DNA of 63,108 nt, counting the filler, from Dugesia japonica (taxonomy: Eukaryota): NCBI GenBank assembly GCA_001938525.1. It is 6 parts of 6 records of this genome, joined end to end, with 100 filler letters (N's around TTAATTAATTAA, not from the genome) between each part and the next. Parts side by side here need not be neighbours in the genome. Positions count along the whole stretch, not along the records: positions 10,407 to 24,672 come from MQRL01646250.1; 5 more parts are not named here. One strand, written 5' to 3'. Made by a program: the position numbers and the translations under genes. Numbering within the stretch: position 1 is the first letter of the stretch; each line of letters opens with the position of its first letter. The notes under the pieces were generated by a model. The model did not search any database, was not told where the DNA came from, and was given only the letters and a program-made list of their open reading frames with translations. This document shows positions 12,222 to 24,772 of this stretch, piece by piece.

Positions 12222-13855
12222 ATGAATTCTGCATTTTCAGTGGAAGCAATTCTTAATAAAAAGGACGACAAAGACGATTGTAAGTATAAAAATCTTATTA
12301 TTTTATTTTCAATAGAATAATCAGGATTTAATGCTTATTTTATTTTATTTATTATTTGTTTTTTTATTTTATGAAATCAATAATCAAGCAAAGTAATACT
12401 TAAAAACGACAAAATATTTTTTAAATTTCTGATAATCTTTGGTCAATATTTGAGTGACCGAAAAATATTTGAAAATTCCTTTCATCAAAAATTTAATTAT
12501 TTTATTCATTAATTGAGTATATTTNNNNNNNNNNNNNNNNNNNNNNNNNNNNNNNNNNNNNNNNNNNNNNNNNNNNNNNNNNNNNNNNNNNNNNNNNNNN
12601 NNNNNNNNNNNNNNNNNNNNNNNNNNNNNNNNNNNNNNNNNNNNNNNNNNNNNNNNNNNNNNNNNNNNNNNNNNNNNNNNNNNNNNNNNNNNNNNNNNNN
12701 NNNNNNNNNNNNNNNNNNNNNNNNNNNNNNNNNNNNNNNNNNNNNNNNNNNNNNNNNNNNNNNNNNNNNNNNNNNNNNNNNNNNNNNNNNNNNNNNNNNN
12801 NNNNNNNNNNNNNNNNNNNNNNNNNNNNNNNNNNNNNNNNNNNNNNNNNNNNNNNNNNNNNNNNNNNNNNNNNNNNNNNNNATAATAATAATAAGTAGTC
12901 AATTTAATTATATATTAATTTTTAGTAAATTACTTTTTTAAAAATTTTTAAAAATTATCTTTTTTGTCCATAATTTCTAAATGAGTATCATGAAGCTTTT
13001 TGTTTATATTTTATTAATTAAATTAGAAAAATTAATAAAAACTGACTTTGCATGCATGTATAAACAAATATCAAACTAAAAATTTTGAGCAGAAACATTA
13101 TTTTTCTTTCATTTTCTCAAAATATTTTTTGATAAATCATTTTGCTAAAATTTTGACGTTAATGAAGATTTATTTTTTACAAATAAAATATTTTCATTGA
13201 AAAAAAAAACAAGACATTTAATTATCATACTTTAGGTACATCAAACGGCACCAATTCCAACATTGAATCACTTTTATCAAATAGTTTTTTAAAAAATCCA
13301 GATATCCAAAAGCCCAGTGATGACATAAAAGGTTCTCTTGATAAATTTAGAAAGCGATTAAACTACAACTCTGAAATTTCCAATTCAAAAAAGAAACAAA
13401 GAAATCTTTTTTCCAAATCCCAAACGTCAATACTTAGACAATATTTTAATAAAAAAAATTACATTTCAGCTTCAGAACGTGAAGCATTATCGATTTCAAC
13501 AAATTTGAGTCCAGAACAAATAAAAATATGGTTTCAAAACAATCGATATAAAATGAAAAATAGTTATAATTATCGATCTCAAAAACAAATTCATAATTAT
13601 GATTTTAGTTCTTCTACTGCCAATCTAATAATCGATAATTACAATAATCTTTATCGTAATGTAAAATCATTGAATTCAATTGATTATTTCTGTAATAACT
13701 GGTTTCAGTGGAACAAACCGATTGACATGTTTGGACTGGAAAAAGCTACTTTTTATAAAAATATTAAAGAATCTGGATCCAATTCTTTTTCTTTAAATAA
13801 TTTTGATAAACAATTCAATAAAAATTTACTCAACCATGATTGGATTGGAAACTGA
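12222..13855 (+). CDS. NK2-class homeobox transcription factor (exons 12222-12279 and 13236-13855; 225 aa)
   Basis: Exon 1 MNSAFSVEAILN (TN/eh1 motif) with GTAAGT donor; TTTAG acceptor keeps frame (phase 1); homeodomain 13388-13567 KKKQRNLFSKSQ...LSPEQIKIWFQNNRYKMK with Tyr54 typical of NK2/NK3/NK4; an N gap in the intron could hide an exon. Confidence 0.88.
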
Positions 13856-14026
13856 GGATTATTATTATATAAATTGTACAAATATATTCAGACAATTTTC
13901 AGATTATTTGAAATATATAGCTTCTTCAGAACTTTTATTTTGTGTTTAAATTCAATAATACTTTTTTATTCCTCAACAGACTGAAAGATTTTTGTAACAC
14001 ATCCAGTTGACAAGTGTCCATTGAAC

Positions 14027-14065
14027 CAACGACGGATCCTAGAATTTTTCATGGGGGGGGCGATA
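14027..14065 (+). mobile_element. hAT-like transposon terminus
   Basis: CAACGACGGATCCTAGAATTTTTCATGGGGGGGGC resembles CAGTGGCGGATCCAG...GGGGGGC type termini. Confidence 0.4.
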
Positions 14066-14214
14066 TGAAAATAATTACGTCATTTGTTATGTAATCAACC
14101 GGGAATTAAATTTTTAGTTTAAATAAAGTGAAATTAATGATTTAAATAAATTATTTTTTTAATTAATTTTCACGGAAATCCAATATGTTTCACTGTTTAA
14201 TTTTTTAAAAAATT

Positions 14215-14520
14215 AAATTAAATATTTTCAAAATGAAGAAATTTACCCAAGGCTTAGGCTAAAAATGTTTTTTTAAATTTTTAATATGGTTAAAAATTAC
14301 AAAAATTTAATTTTCTGCGACCCAATTTTTCGATTTTATTTTCTTCAGGAATTGTGATTAAATTAATTGAATAAATTAATCACAACTCTTGAAGAAGATA
14401 AACTCGAATATTTGGAGAAGTAAGTTAAATTATAGAAATCTCTAACCTCAATAAAAAATTTTAAAATCATTTTTTGATCTAAGCCTTAGTTTATTTTCTT
14501 AATTTTGAAAATATTTAATT
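14215..14520. repeat. Imperfect foldback/MITE-like inverted repeat
   Basis: TTCTTCAGGAATTGTGATTAA / TTAATCACAACTCTTGAAGAA inner arms and AAGGCTTAG / CTAAGCCTT outer arms around ~14370. Confidence 0.65.
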
Positions 14521-15459
14521 TTATCATTCAGAGATCAATGGTTAAAAATTTTAAAAAAATAATTAATTACCAAAAAAGTAACTTTCACAATAATCAAAAT
14601 ATTTTAACAAATAATTCAAATTTTCATGGGAATTCAGGTGAACAGTCTAAGTTTTTCAAAATTAATTTTTATGCTCAGATTTCAAATACTTATATACCAA
14701 TCTTTTAAGAATTTGGCGGGAGTCATTTTTGGTTTTTTCAATATTTTACATAGATTTTTTTAAAAATAAAAAGTATTTCAGTACCAGCTAAATTAAATTA
14801 CCAGACTTGTTAAAAAATGCTCTCCTAATAAAAAAAGATTATCAACATCTGCTGTAGAGTAACGCTTGCAAAACGTTTTTATTTGGCGAACTGATATGCG
14901 ATTATGTAATAGTCTTTATTGAATGTCTTTAATTAATTGGAATTTTACGATTTTTAACCATGATATTCTTGAGCAGTGGAAACTTTTCTATTGAATAGAT
15001 ACTCTGATAATAAAATTTGAGAAGAAAAAATTTTTCGAATAAATAAAATTTTTTATCAGAAATGAACCCGATGAAATTCTCAGCAGACTGATATAAAAAT
15101 GTAAATGCCATGAAAACAAAAATTATTTTTGAAAAATTTTAAAAATTGGTTAACTTAAACAAAAATAGGCTTTTCCGCCGAATTTCCGTGTAAAAATTCA
15201 AATTTTCAAGTGATTTCGCAACAAAATTAGAGGGAAGTGACTATGTAATAGGACTAATGTTACGCTTATTGTGTATGCATTAATTGTGTAATAGATCAAA
15301 CTTCATTCTCAGTTGGTCTAGTCACTAGACTCTATTGTGTACATAACCGCCTACTAAAATTTAACTAATAAACAAAATTTTTAGATAATTATAAAACTAA
15401 TTTTGATCAAACATAACCGAATAAAATGAAAACAAAAATAATGACTATTTAATGCGATA

Positions 15460-15934
15460 AGTGAACCAATTTATTTACAAGCTTATCGAATTGTGGTTCA
15501 ATTGTAGTTTGTGCTACGTGCAAAGTGGACCTGTTCTTTTATTTCATATTGTTTATAATTGCAAAACCCATTTCACAGAGATGAGTTGGAGGAAACAGTA
15601 ATTGAATTTTTAAAATTATTTCTGTAAATTCAGAATATTACGTTTTAAAACAAATCNAAAAGGAAACCAGGTGTTGAGCTCATTTAAGTTTCCAAAGATA
15701 TAAACAAGCCAGATAACTTAGCTTTCCAATCTACACTTTCAAATAGTTCTAACCGAGCAGATTATTTTTCAAACCAAAACTTGGCGAGCTGTATTTGCAA
15801 TTCAAAAAATCTTAACAATACTTTATCTCTCAGCAACCAATGTATAACGGTGTTTTAAAACAGCTGTTTGTGCCCAGCCTATATGTTATCGCACAGTGCA
15901 GCAAACAGTCTTGAATTCAAAGTATTTGACTATA
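15460..15934 (-). mobile_element. hAT Charlie/Buster (ZBED5/SCAND3-like) transposase remnant
   Basis: Minus strand reads FFELQ, WKAKLS..IF..LNELN and LLFPPTHLCEMGF...KNRSTL...IEPQFDKL. Confidence 0.7.
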
Positions 15935-16936
15935 NNNNNNNNNNNNNNNNNNNNNNNNNNNNNNNNNNNAAGGAAATTACACCAAAACAAATACAGTTTA
16001 ACGAGTATAACCAAATTTTCTAGTTAACTTACGAAAAAAATATTAAAACATTTTATTCATACAATAAAAATCAGGCGAAAATCATATTTTGAGCACATGA
16101 TAATTTAATATAATTGAAAACATTTCGTAACAATACTAAAACGAGAAAGCTTAATTAATTAACTTAACTAAATTTTTATTTTTAGTTTTAGACTAATGTT
16201 TCACGAACAGTAATGAATTGCTCGCAGTGCCGATCCATAGACTACACTTTGGATAATACTGCTATAGAGATGTTATCTATAATGTTACAGGGCCACAATG
16301 TTAAAAATTATTTGAAAATTTAACAGATATAAGACCAAACTAAGGATACTTTACATTGTAATGCAATTTAAATTCTTAATTTTATTTGTTTATTTTCATT
16401 ACCATAATTACTGTACCATAGATTTAACACTAAGTTTAAGGCAAACGTTTTCGATAGAATGTGCAGCTTTTTATAGTTTTTTAATTCTTTGATAGTTTGA
16501 TGGCCACTTTTTATGCCTGGCTACCTATTTTTGGCCAATGGGCCACAGGTTGCTAACCATTATTCTACACTGTTTATTTATCAAAAATTTTAGATTACGC
16601 TTATTAGGGTAATTTTTTGATTTGAATATCATACTTCGATAATTTTGACCCTTTAATTTCATTTGGTTTTCCAACAGCATATTCCAACCAAATCAGACTT
16701 CGTCAATTAATATTAAATATCAGCTAAAAAAATTTAAAATCGCATCGACGATATTGGAAAGAAACTCAAAATAATTTCGAGGCGAGATTTAACAATCAAA
16801 ACATTATTTAGATTCTTGAACTAGGTAAACTATAATCCGGAATAAACTCATTTAGTTCATTAAAAGTTGTGGACTTTTTTACCATGATCCATTGGATGTT
16901 GTCTACAGATTGTAATGTAACCGATCATCCACGGAT

Positions 16937-17600
16937 TTAATTCTTTGTATTTTCTCTTAGATTTCTTCTTTTAGAATCCCAATATTTCTTATCTGTTCCA
17001 GTATAACTTGGAAAATTTTTCCATATTTTCTGAGAGCTCTTTATCGCTGTAAATTCACGGTTATATGGAATTTTATCTACTTTAGTACTCTTAAATCTTA
17101 ATGATTGTAATAATTTCCTATATACCATATACCAAGACCCAAACCTTCCAATAATAAATGTGTGAAGCGAGTATTGCCATATTGGACCTAGTGGTTCTTT
17201 TGTTTCTCTCACAATTTTATTATATTTTTCTTTATTATTTTGGTTTGCACCTTTATCTAATCAACTATTTTACATCAACGACAATATATTTCTTCTTAAA
17301 TGGACTTATTATTTGAATATCTGGGTACAGAATATCATCATAAAAACTATGTCTTCTCTTAATATCTTAATTTTTCTACATTAAATTCCCATATAATGTA
17401 CTAAAGTCTTGTTATATCTTGCGATAGCTAATTTCATAATCATAGAACAGCAGCATATTGCTTGTGATGCTTTTTTTTCTCCTTCATAGGTACGACATTT
17501 ATAATCCTTTCTGAAACATTTCACTCTCGCAGGTTAATTATTTGCTTTAAACCGAAACAGCTTGTTTTACTGCATCATTTTAAATTATTGTCAATATTAC
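16937..17600 (-). mobile_element. Non-LTR retrotransposon 3' remnant with restriction-like endonuclease (R2/NeSL-type)
   Basis: FRFKA, decayed CCHC/RHN region, PDIQIISPFKKKYIVVDVK, K..KY, FIIGRFGSW and AIKSSQKIW motifs in the expected order. Confidence 0.75.
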
Positions 17601-18310
17601 TATACAATTTAAATATTATATAATCATCAAACAAAACGGAAGAAAAAGGTTGCATTTCAGACACTTGATGTTATGTTATTTATGAAAAAATGACTAGCTG
17701 ACAAAAAGGAAGATTTGTTCTATTAACGGAGATCATGCCATTGCAGATAGCACAGTTTATTAGTGATTTACGCAATTCAAAATTTCAAAAACCGGAAATT
17801 ATGATTTGAAAGACCAAATGCGTTCTAGCAGCTTACTGAGTGTTAGTTGGGTTTTGAAAACTCATCGAATCAGAATTGTTAGCATCAGAATTCAAGTTCA
17901 TTACAACGATTTATTAATATAAAAAAGTATAACAACACTAATTGAGTTTTTAAACAAATTAAATTCTTGTTTTAAATTGGTGATCGTTTCTTAAGATTTT
18001 TTAAAAATAAATTTTCAGTTTATTTGTTAAAACTTAATTTCAGAATTGAAAACAATTACTTATTAGTCATTTGATTTTTTATTAAGATTTTAAAAATAAA
18101 TTTTCTGTTTACTTATTAAAATTTAATTTCAAAATTTAAAACAATTACTTTTTCGTCATTTAATTTTTCATTTCAATTTAAAACTTTTTCAAAAAAGACT
18201 AAGAAAAACGATCACCAACCACACAAAAATTTCAACTCGCTTAAAACATATTCACGCAGATGATGATGCAATTGAATATCGATTCAATTTGATTTCCATT
18301 CAACAATACT

Positions 18311-18880
18311 AGTAGATAGACAGTGGCGCACTGGCTTACTCGCACATTCCCCATTCGATGAGAAAAGAGGATTAATTTAATCTTTGCTTATAGTTGAGAC
18401 TTTTTATGACGTCATATTAGGAAATATTACGTAAGTGAATTAGGATTTCCCTGTGTATTTAGTTGGAAGAAAGTTTTTTCGTAAAGTTTGGTAATCGTTA
18501 CGTAAGTGAGTTAGAAATTTTTTATATAGTGAGTTAGTTTTTCATAAAATGCTTTTGTGTAATCGATCAAATGTTTCTTCGGGAAGGTTATATAATAGTT
18601 ATTTATTATTATATGGTTTTATAAAAAGATTAATCGTTGCTGAATTTGTGAATTCTAATATATATATATATATAGAAAAATAGACATTTCATCGTGAAAA
18701 TACATAATTAATTTCAGAATATACACTAGTCATCAAAGAAAATAATGCCTTTACTATAGAAAATTACATTTTTAACATAGAAAATAAAGGTTTCAACATG
18801 AAAAATAATGGTTTTAACATGTAAAATACAAATGTCGTTTTTGAAAATATGGGTTTTAACATGGAAAATATATTATATAA
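18311..18880 (+). mobile_element. Polinton-type terminus with subterminal repeats
   Basis: AGTAGATAGACAGTGGCGCAC; ATGACGTCAT and two TTACGTAA sites; ~21-nt GAAAATAATGGTTTTAACATG repeats at 18675-18870. Confidence 0.6.
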
Positions 18881-19499
18881 GACCATTAAACTAGATACAT
18901 TCAATAAACCAATTGTTGTAGATATGCTTCATTTCATTGGGATGTATTCATATTTTATCACTTAGAACAGCACATACTCATTCATAAGAAAGTTAAAAAA
19001 ATATACATATTCATTTATTATTATCATCTAAACCTTTTCTAATGTTTTCTATCTATTGTCTGACTCTGAATAGTTTCTTAGTCTACTTATTGACTTACTT
19101 GCAAAACTACTATCTTCAACACAAGAATTGCTTATCCCATAAACAAGTTTTTTCGAGGGTTCATCTTAAGCAGCTGATGAATGCATTCAGATGACAAAAG
19201 ATATTGCTGCGTTTGGAGCTATCGTTTACATTTGATATGTTAATGATACGAGATGCATAAGAATTATGGGAGAAAANNNNNNNNNNNNNNNNNNNNNNNN
19301 NNNNNNNNNNNNNNNNNNNNNNNNNNNNNNNNNNNNNNNNNNNNNNNNNNNNNNNNNNNNNNNNNNNNNNNACTTTTCGAAGATCAAATAAATCCTTACT
19401 GAAAAATATCGTAATTTCAAGTTAAGAGCCAGAAAAATAATAAACGAAGTTTTGCGAGTAAAAAACTCTCGATTAAATTGGAACAATATTTGTAATTAA

Positions 19500-22410
19500 T
19501 GGTGTAAAAAGCAAAATATTGAGAGACTCTTTTGAACCAAACTTACTAATATGCAAAAACAAGAATTAGCCAACATATTGGAAAAATTAATACCGATATA
19601 TTATGTTAATGTGATGAAAAACAGGTTTGTAGATACAGTGAAGAAGGATAATTTTCAGTCAAACTTTTCAAAAACTCATCCACCAATGAATACTCAAAAA
19701 GATCCGAATACAAGAAGTCGGCCAATTGTTTTCGAAGAGGATCAGTATCGAGCAAATAAAATTCAGACCCAAAGACGGGCCCAAAACAATAGATTTCCTC
19801 GTTACTCGATGAAGGTTATAGCAAATAAGCTTTATTACAAAGCCAAAGGAAAGAATCCTCCGAGAGAAGACGTTTTAGCACCGGGAGCATTTTTCTGCTG
19901 TGGAAATACAAGACATAGAAGAATGAATTGTCTATTAAAATACAAATGTTTAATATGTGGAAAAGAAGGTCATAACATTCGAGATTGTACATTAATTCGA
20001 ATAAGAAATTCTACATTTCGGAAAATTTTGCGTATTGCAGAAGAAGATAATATTTTATCTTACAGTGTCGAACAAATTGAGTATATACACGATGTTCCTT
20101 CATATGATGATGATATAAAAATGATCTGTAACCCACTGCATCCATCTCCTCAGTGAAGTTGCAATAATAGTCCAAGATAAAAAATTGATGTTCGATGAAA
20201 AAATGTTTTCGAAGAGAGGTGGAAGAGAATTGAGTTTTATGCGTTGCAATTGATATGACATTAAGATGTTGTGGGATTCATGAGCAGTAATATAAGTCAT
20301 TACTGCGGATGTTTGGAAAAGAATCGGATCGTATGATTTATCGTCGTTACACATTGTTTTAGCAGGAGTGTTTTCTGAAAAAGGAGAAAAATGTATCAGG
20401 AAAACTAAACTGATATTACAATAGAATGGGAAGTTAAGAGAGAAAGAAGTAGTAGTTGTTAGAAAGATTTGTCCCAAATTTATCGGGTGTATTGATATCA
20501 TGAAGCTATTTGAAATGAAAATTACTGAAGTTTATTTTATTAACTCAAACAAAAAAATGTAGATAATACAGAAAGAGTGAAAATGACTTTAATACTTCAA
20601 ATAATGACAGTCAAGAAGTAAGAGAAATCATAGGAATTTACAAAGATATATTTATGGTATCAAAATTTGATTTTGGATATACGAAACTGATAAAACATCA
20701 CATTGAAACGACCGGACCTCCAATAATGCAAAACACGAGAAGACACTTGAAAATAAAATAGATGAATTGTTAGAAAATCTTTTAAAAAATCAAATTTTAT
20801 AAGAAGTTCCAGAAGACCATGGTATTTCTAATTGGTAATTATACCAAAGAAAGATGGAACGATAAGAATGTGTCTTGATTTTAAAAAATTAAATTCAATT
20901 ACAAAAAGGTATTCGTTTCCAGTTTCAGATATTCAACTATTATTAGATACGCTTCAAGGATCAGTTTTATTGTCTTCTTTAGATTTATGGCAAAAATATT
21001 ATCCAATTGAACTAAGCGAAGAATAAAAACTGAAGATGGCTTTCAGTACGAAGGTGGGTTAATTTTGTTTTCAATCGAATGCCCTTCGGATTAGGTACTG
21101 TAACAGCAACATTTCAAAGCTTGATGCATAAAACATTTGAAAGNNNNNNNNNNNNNNNNNNNNNNNNNNNNNNNNNNNNNNNNNNNNNNNNNNNNNNNNT
21201 ATGGTAAAAATAAAGAGGAGCACGACAAACGAGTTTGTAAAGTTTTTCAGCTACTAAAAGATAAATCCAATTAAATGTGGGTTCAATTTCAAGAAGCTGA
21301 CATTTTTAGGACATACAATTAGCGCTAAGGGTGTGAATACAAATTATGAAACCATCAAAACAATTGAGAAGTCGTAACGCCAAAATGCGCAACCCAAATA
21401 CGAGCTTTCTAAGGATTAACAAATTATTAAAGGTGTTTTTTAAAAGATTATGCTTTACTTGCAGCATCATTGTATGCAGCGACGACAGGACAAGAAAAGA
21501 ACGAAAAAAGAAGATAAAATTGTGTAGTGCTCCAATTTTGACTTTCCAAAATAATAGGGGCGAAATAATATTGGCTACTGATGCTAGTTTGGAGCAATTG
21601 GAGGGGATTTTAGTCAAATAATGGATTGAAAAATGTCATAGCATATGGTTCTCGAACTTTTACCAATCACGAAAAAGGATATTGTGTTACTCGCAATGAA
21701 TTGTTAGCTCTGTGTGAGTTTATGATGTATGTTAAACATTATTTGTATGGCAAGAAATTTAGAGCAAGAACGGATCATAAAGCATTGACTTTTATGACGA
21801 AGACTAGTAAGCCTACTAGTTCTCCGTTTCAGACATAGATAACAAATCTAGCAGAATTTAATTTTGATCTAGAATTCAGAAAAGGAGAAGCTCGTAGAAA
21901 TGCTGAGGAACTTTCAAGGATAAGAAAGAGCCATATTAAAGAAGTACAGAGAAACGATCCAATAACGAGAGAAATCGTTGAATATATTGAAAGCAGGATG
22001 ATAATAATAAGCTGAGCACAATGGTAACCAAAATTAAATATTTTTCCAAACTAGAAAAGTTTAAGTTGGATAATGAAATACTGATTATCAATGAAGGAGA
22101 CAAGAAAGAAATCCAAAACACGAAGAAATAAAATAACTGGCAAATGAAAATTTACAGAAAGCAGTTAAAAAATTAAGCAAATACGAATGTGTAAAGCGAA
22201 CGTCCAGACATTTTGAAGAAGGAGAAAAATATAAGTGAAAGTAGAACCACACAAGTTAAAGCAAGGAAGTTTCAGATATGAGGGTCCTTACAAAATTAGT
22301 AAATTTTTAAGCCCACATCAGGTGCATGTCGATTCTGCAAGACAGCTTAAACCCAGAAGACTTGAATGGCTAAAAAAATTAAAAATTAAAATTAGAAAGA
22401 GAGAGAGCAC
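19500..22410 (+). mobile_element. Degenerate Ty3/gypsy element 2 (gag, protease, RT, RNase H; integrase core deleted)
   Basis: FCCGNTRHRRMNC and CLICGKEGHNIRDC knuckles; LWDS*A; KKDGTIRMCLDFKKLN; RMPFGL; LATDAS; RTDHKAL; RYEGPYKI; purine tract AGAAAGAGAGAGAG at ~22394. Confidence 0.9.
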
Positions 22411-23299
22411 TTATATATCATTTATAAAATGATATAAAGTTTAATGATATTATTTGTATAAATAATTCTTTACTAATAAATAGTTTTATAAATAAAAAAT
22501 TATGAAAACTTTATGTCTTTTAACTATTATCAAATTTGAAATTTTAATTAATTATTAAGAATTAAAAACTTAAAGATCTTTCAGAATAATTTGTTTTGTC
22601 AACTTTTATTCTTGATCAGTGAAACATTCTGCATCGAATAGTACATGAATCCTTAAATTTCGATGAAAACTATAAAAAATAATTTTTTATTTGTGTCGAT
22701 TAAGCATCCTCGGAATGTTTGACCATGTTTCTTAGGATTTTCTCGGTAAAAATTAAGTTTGGATATTTTAAGTGATGATATTCTTGATCAGCAAAAATTT
22801 TCTATGTTCAAGTATGATTTGAGAAGAAACATTTGCAAAGAATTTCAAAAAATCACGTGTTTATTAAATTTTCCTCAGCTCCTAACATAAATTAGGGATT
22901 TTTAACTAGATTAGTCATGGTCAACGTAATATCGCCTTTTGCATTGTTACGAATTATCTATAAGAACAGGCTTTACATCGCTGGTGTTAATTGTCAAATA
23001 TATGGCACTAATGATTGATTCGTCAGCCGTTTATTTTTATTTCTGAATTCCTCATTAACTTAGTGAATACTCTAAAAAGTCAATTCCTGACGAAGACAAG
23101 GTCGAAGTATCGAATTGTTATCCAATATCAATAAAAAAACCAAAATTTGATCAAAGCTTTTATATTAAAGGAATTCTATAAAACGATCAATGGTTATATT
23201 CAACAATTATTTTTGCAATAATTGTAATTGTAATACCTTTATTCAAATCATCTAATTCTAAATTATAATTAGTGAGAAATTTGCTTATGATCCACAGTC

Positions 23300-24553
23300 C
23301 TGCATACATATCTCTTCTGTTTTAACCCTTACCCAATCTCCAATCCTTAATGTAGTGTTCTTATTTTTGCTCTATTTTCTTTTGGAATAGGTTTTCTCTT
23401 TTCTGTAATTTTTTCCTTTTGTTTTTAAAAGGTATTCTGAAAATCCATATTGTCAATTTCTTCATTTTCATTCAAAATATCTGGTTTCAAATCCATCTTT
23501 TTGCCAAATAGAATTTCTAAAGATGAAACCTCAAGTTTTTCGTTATTATATTATTATTTATTTCATACTTAGTTAAACAAAATTATTGCTTTAACCCACG
23601 ATTGGTGATGTGACCTACAAGATGCATATAATTTATTTTTGGCTGCTTTAAATACACGTTTTATCAGCACATCACTTTGATGATAATATGGAGCTGAGAA
23701 TGATTGCTTTATTTGAAATTCTTTACACAATTCTTTCATTATTTCCAATTTAAATTGTGTTCCGTTATAAGAATAAATTATCCTCGGAATCTCGGAATCT
23801 ATGCATCTTTCAAATATTAGTTCGGTAATTTTCTTTTTCAGTAATATCCTTCAATGGTGTTAACGATATATATCTAGGATATATATCGATGATTCCTAAA
23901 ATATATGAATACCCCTTGGAATTTGGTAGTGATCCAGCTACATATCATTTCAAATGGTTCTGTCAAAGTAAAAGAATTTTTGATATTGCATCCCATTTTA
24001 TTTCCCTGCTTTCTCTCAGCACATGGCATACAATTTGTTACAAATTTCTCCGTATCTGTTTTCATGTTTATCCATTCATGATATCTTTTGATACTAGTCA
24101 GAAATTGTTTAGCCTAATCAACCGTTAAAATATTTTAACATGTCATTGATTTTCTTTTTATTATACTTTTATAGGTTTCTTTTAATTCATTGATTTATCA
24201 GTAACCTTCATCATCTGAATCGTACTTGTTGGAATTTGACACTTTGACATTTAATCTAGTTTTTGAGTCGATATGTTTTATTTCACATTGTTTGCATTGT
24301 AATTCTCTGGAAAGGAATTCTAAACTCTCTGCGTTTGCATGCAATTGTTTATTTCGATGCTGAATTTCAAAATCATACATACTTAGTTCATCAATCAAGG
24401 AGCAGTATTGTGATATATTTGGTCTTTTTTAATTCAACGTCCATTTTAAACTCTCATGGTCTGTGCGAATCATAAATTTCTTCCCTAATATATAATGCTT
24501 GTATTTCTTGACAAAGTAATATACCACCATGGGTTCTTTCTTGGTGATATAAT
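23300..24553 (-). mobile_element. Gypsy RNase H-integrase remnant with PPT, interrupted by a Polinton terminus
   Basis: IRTDHESL, YDFEIQHR..HANA, CMPCAERK, EPFE, SYNGTQF, SAPYYHQS; AAAACAGAAGAGATA-TGTATG PPT/LTR junction near 23308. Confidence 0.85.
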
Positions 24554-24672
24554 AGTAGATGGATAGTGGCACTCAACCTCTGCACACATGCAGTACCCCC
24601 CCCCCGTGTGTAAAAATTCATTACATAAGTTTTCCAATGTAAATACCCGAAGGCACACATTAGTGTGTATTA
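24554..24672 (+). mobile_element. Polinton-type terminus
   Basis: AGTAGATGGATAGTGGCAC; the next ~110 nt align with 32223-32355. Confidence 0.65.
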
Positions 24673-24772
24673 NNNNNNNNNNNNNNNNNNNNNNNNNNNN
24701 NNNNNNNNNNNNNNNNTTAATTAATTAANNNNNNNNNNNNNNNNNNNNNNNNNNNNNNNNNNNNNNNNNNNN
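24673..24772. other. Artificial contig-joining spacer
   Basis: N44-TTAATTAATTAA-N44. Confidence 0.97.

Noticed and set aside
12384-12941. Long ORFs in the NK2 intron
   Set aside because: Composed almost entirely of N-gap codons
20100-20501. Antisense ORFs over retroelements (also 37626, 38404, 54763)
   Set aside because: Shadow frames of gag-pol on the opposite strand
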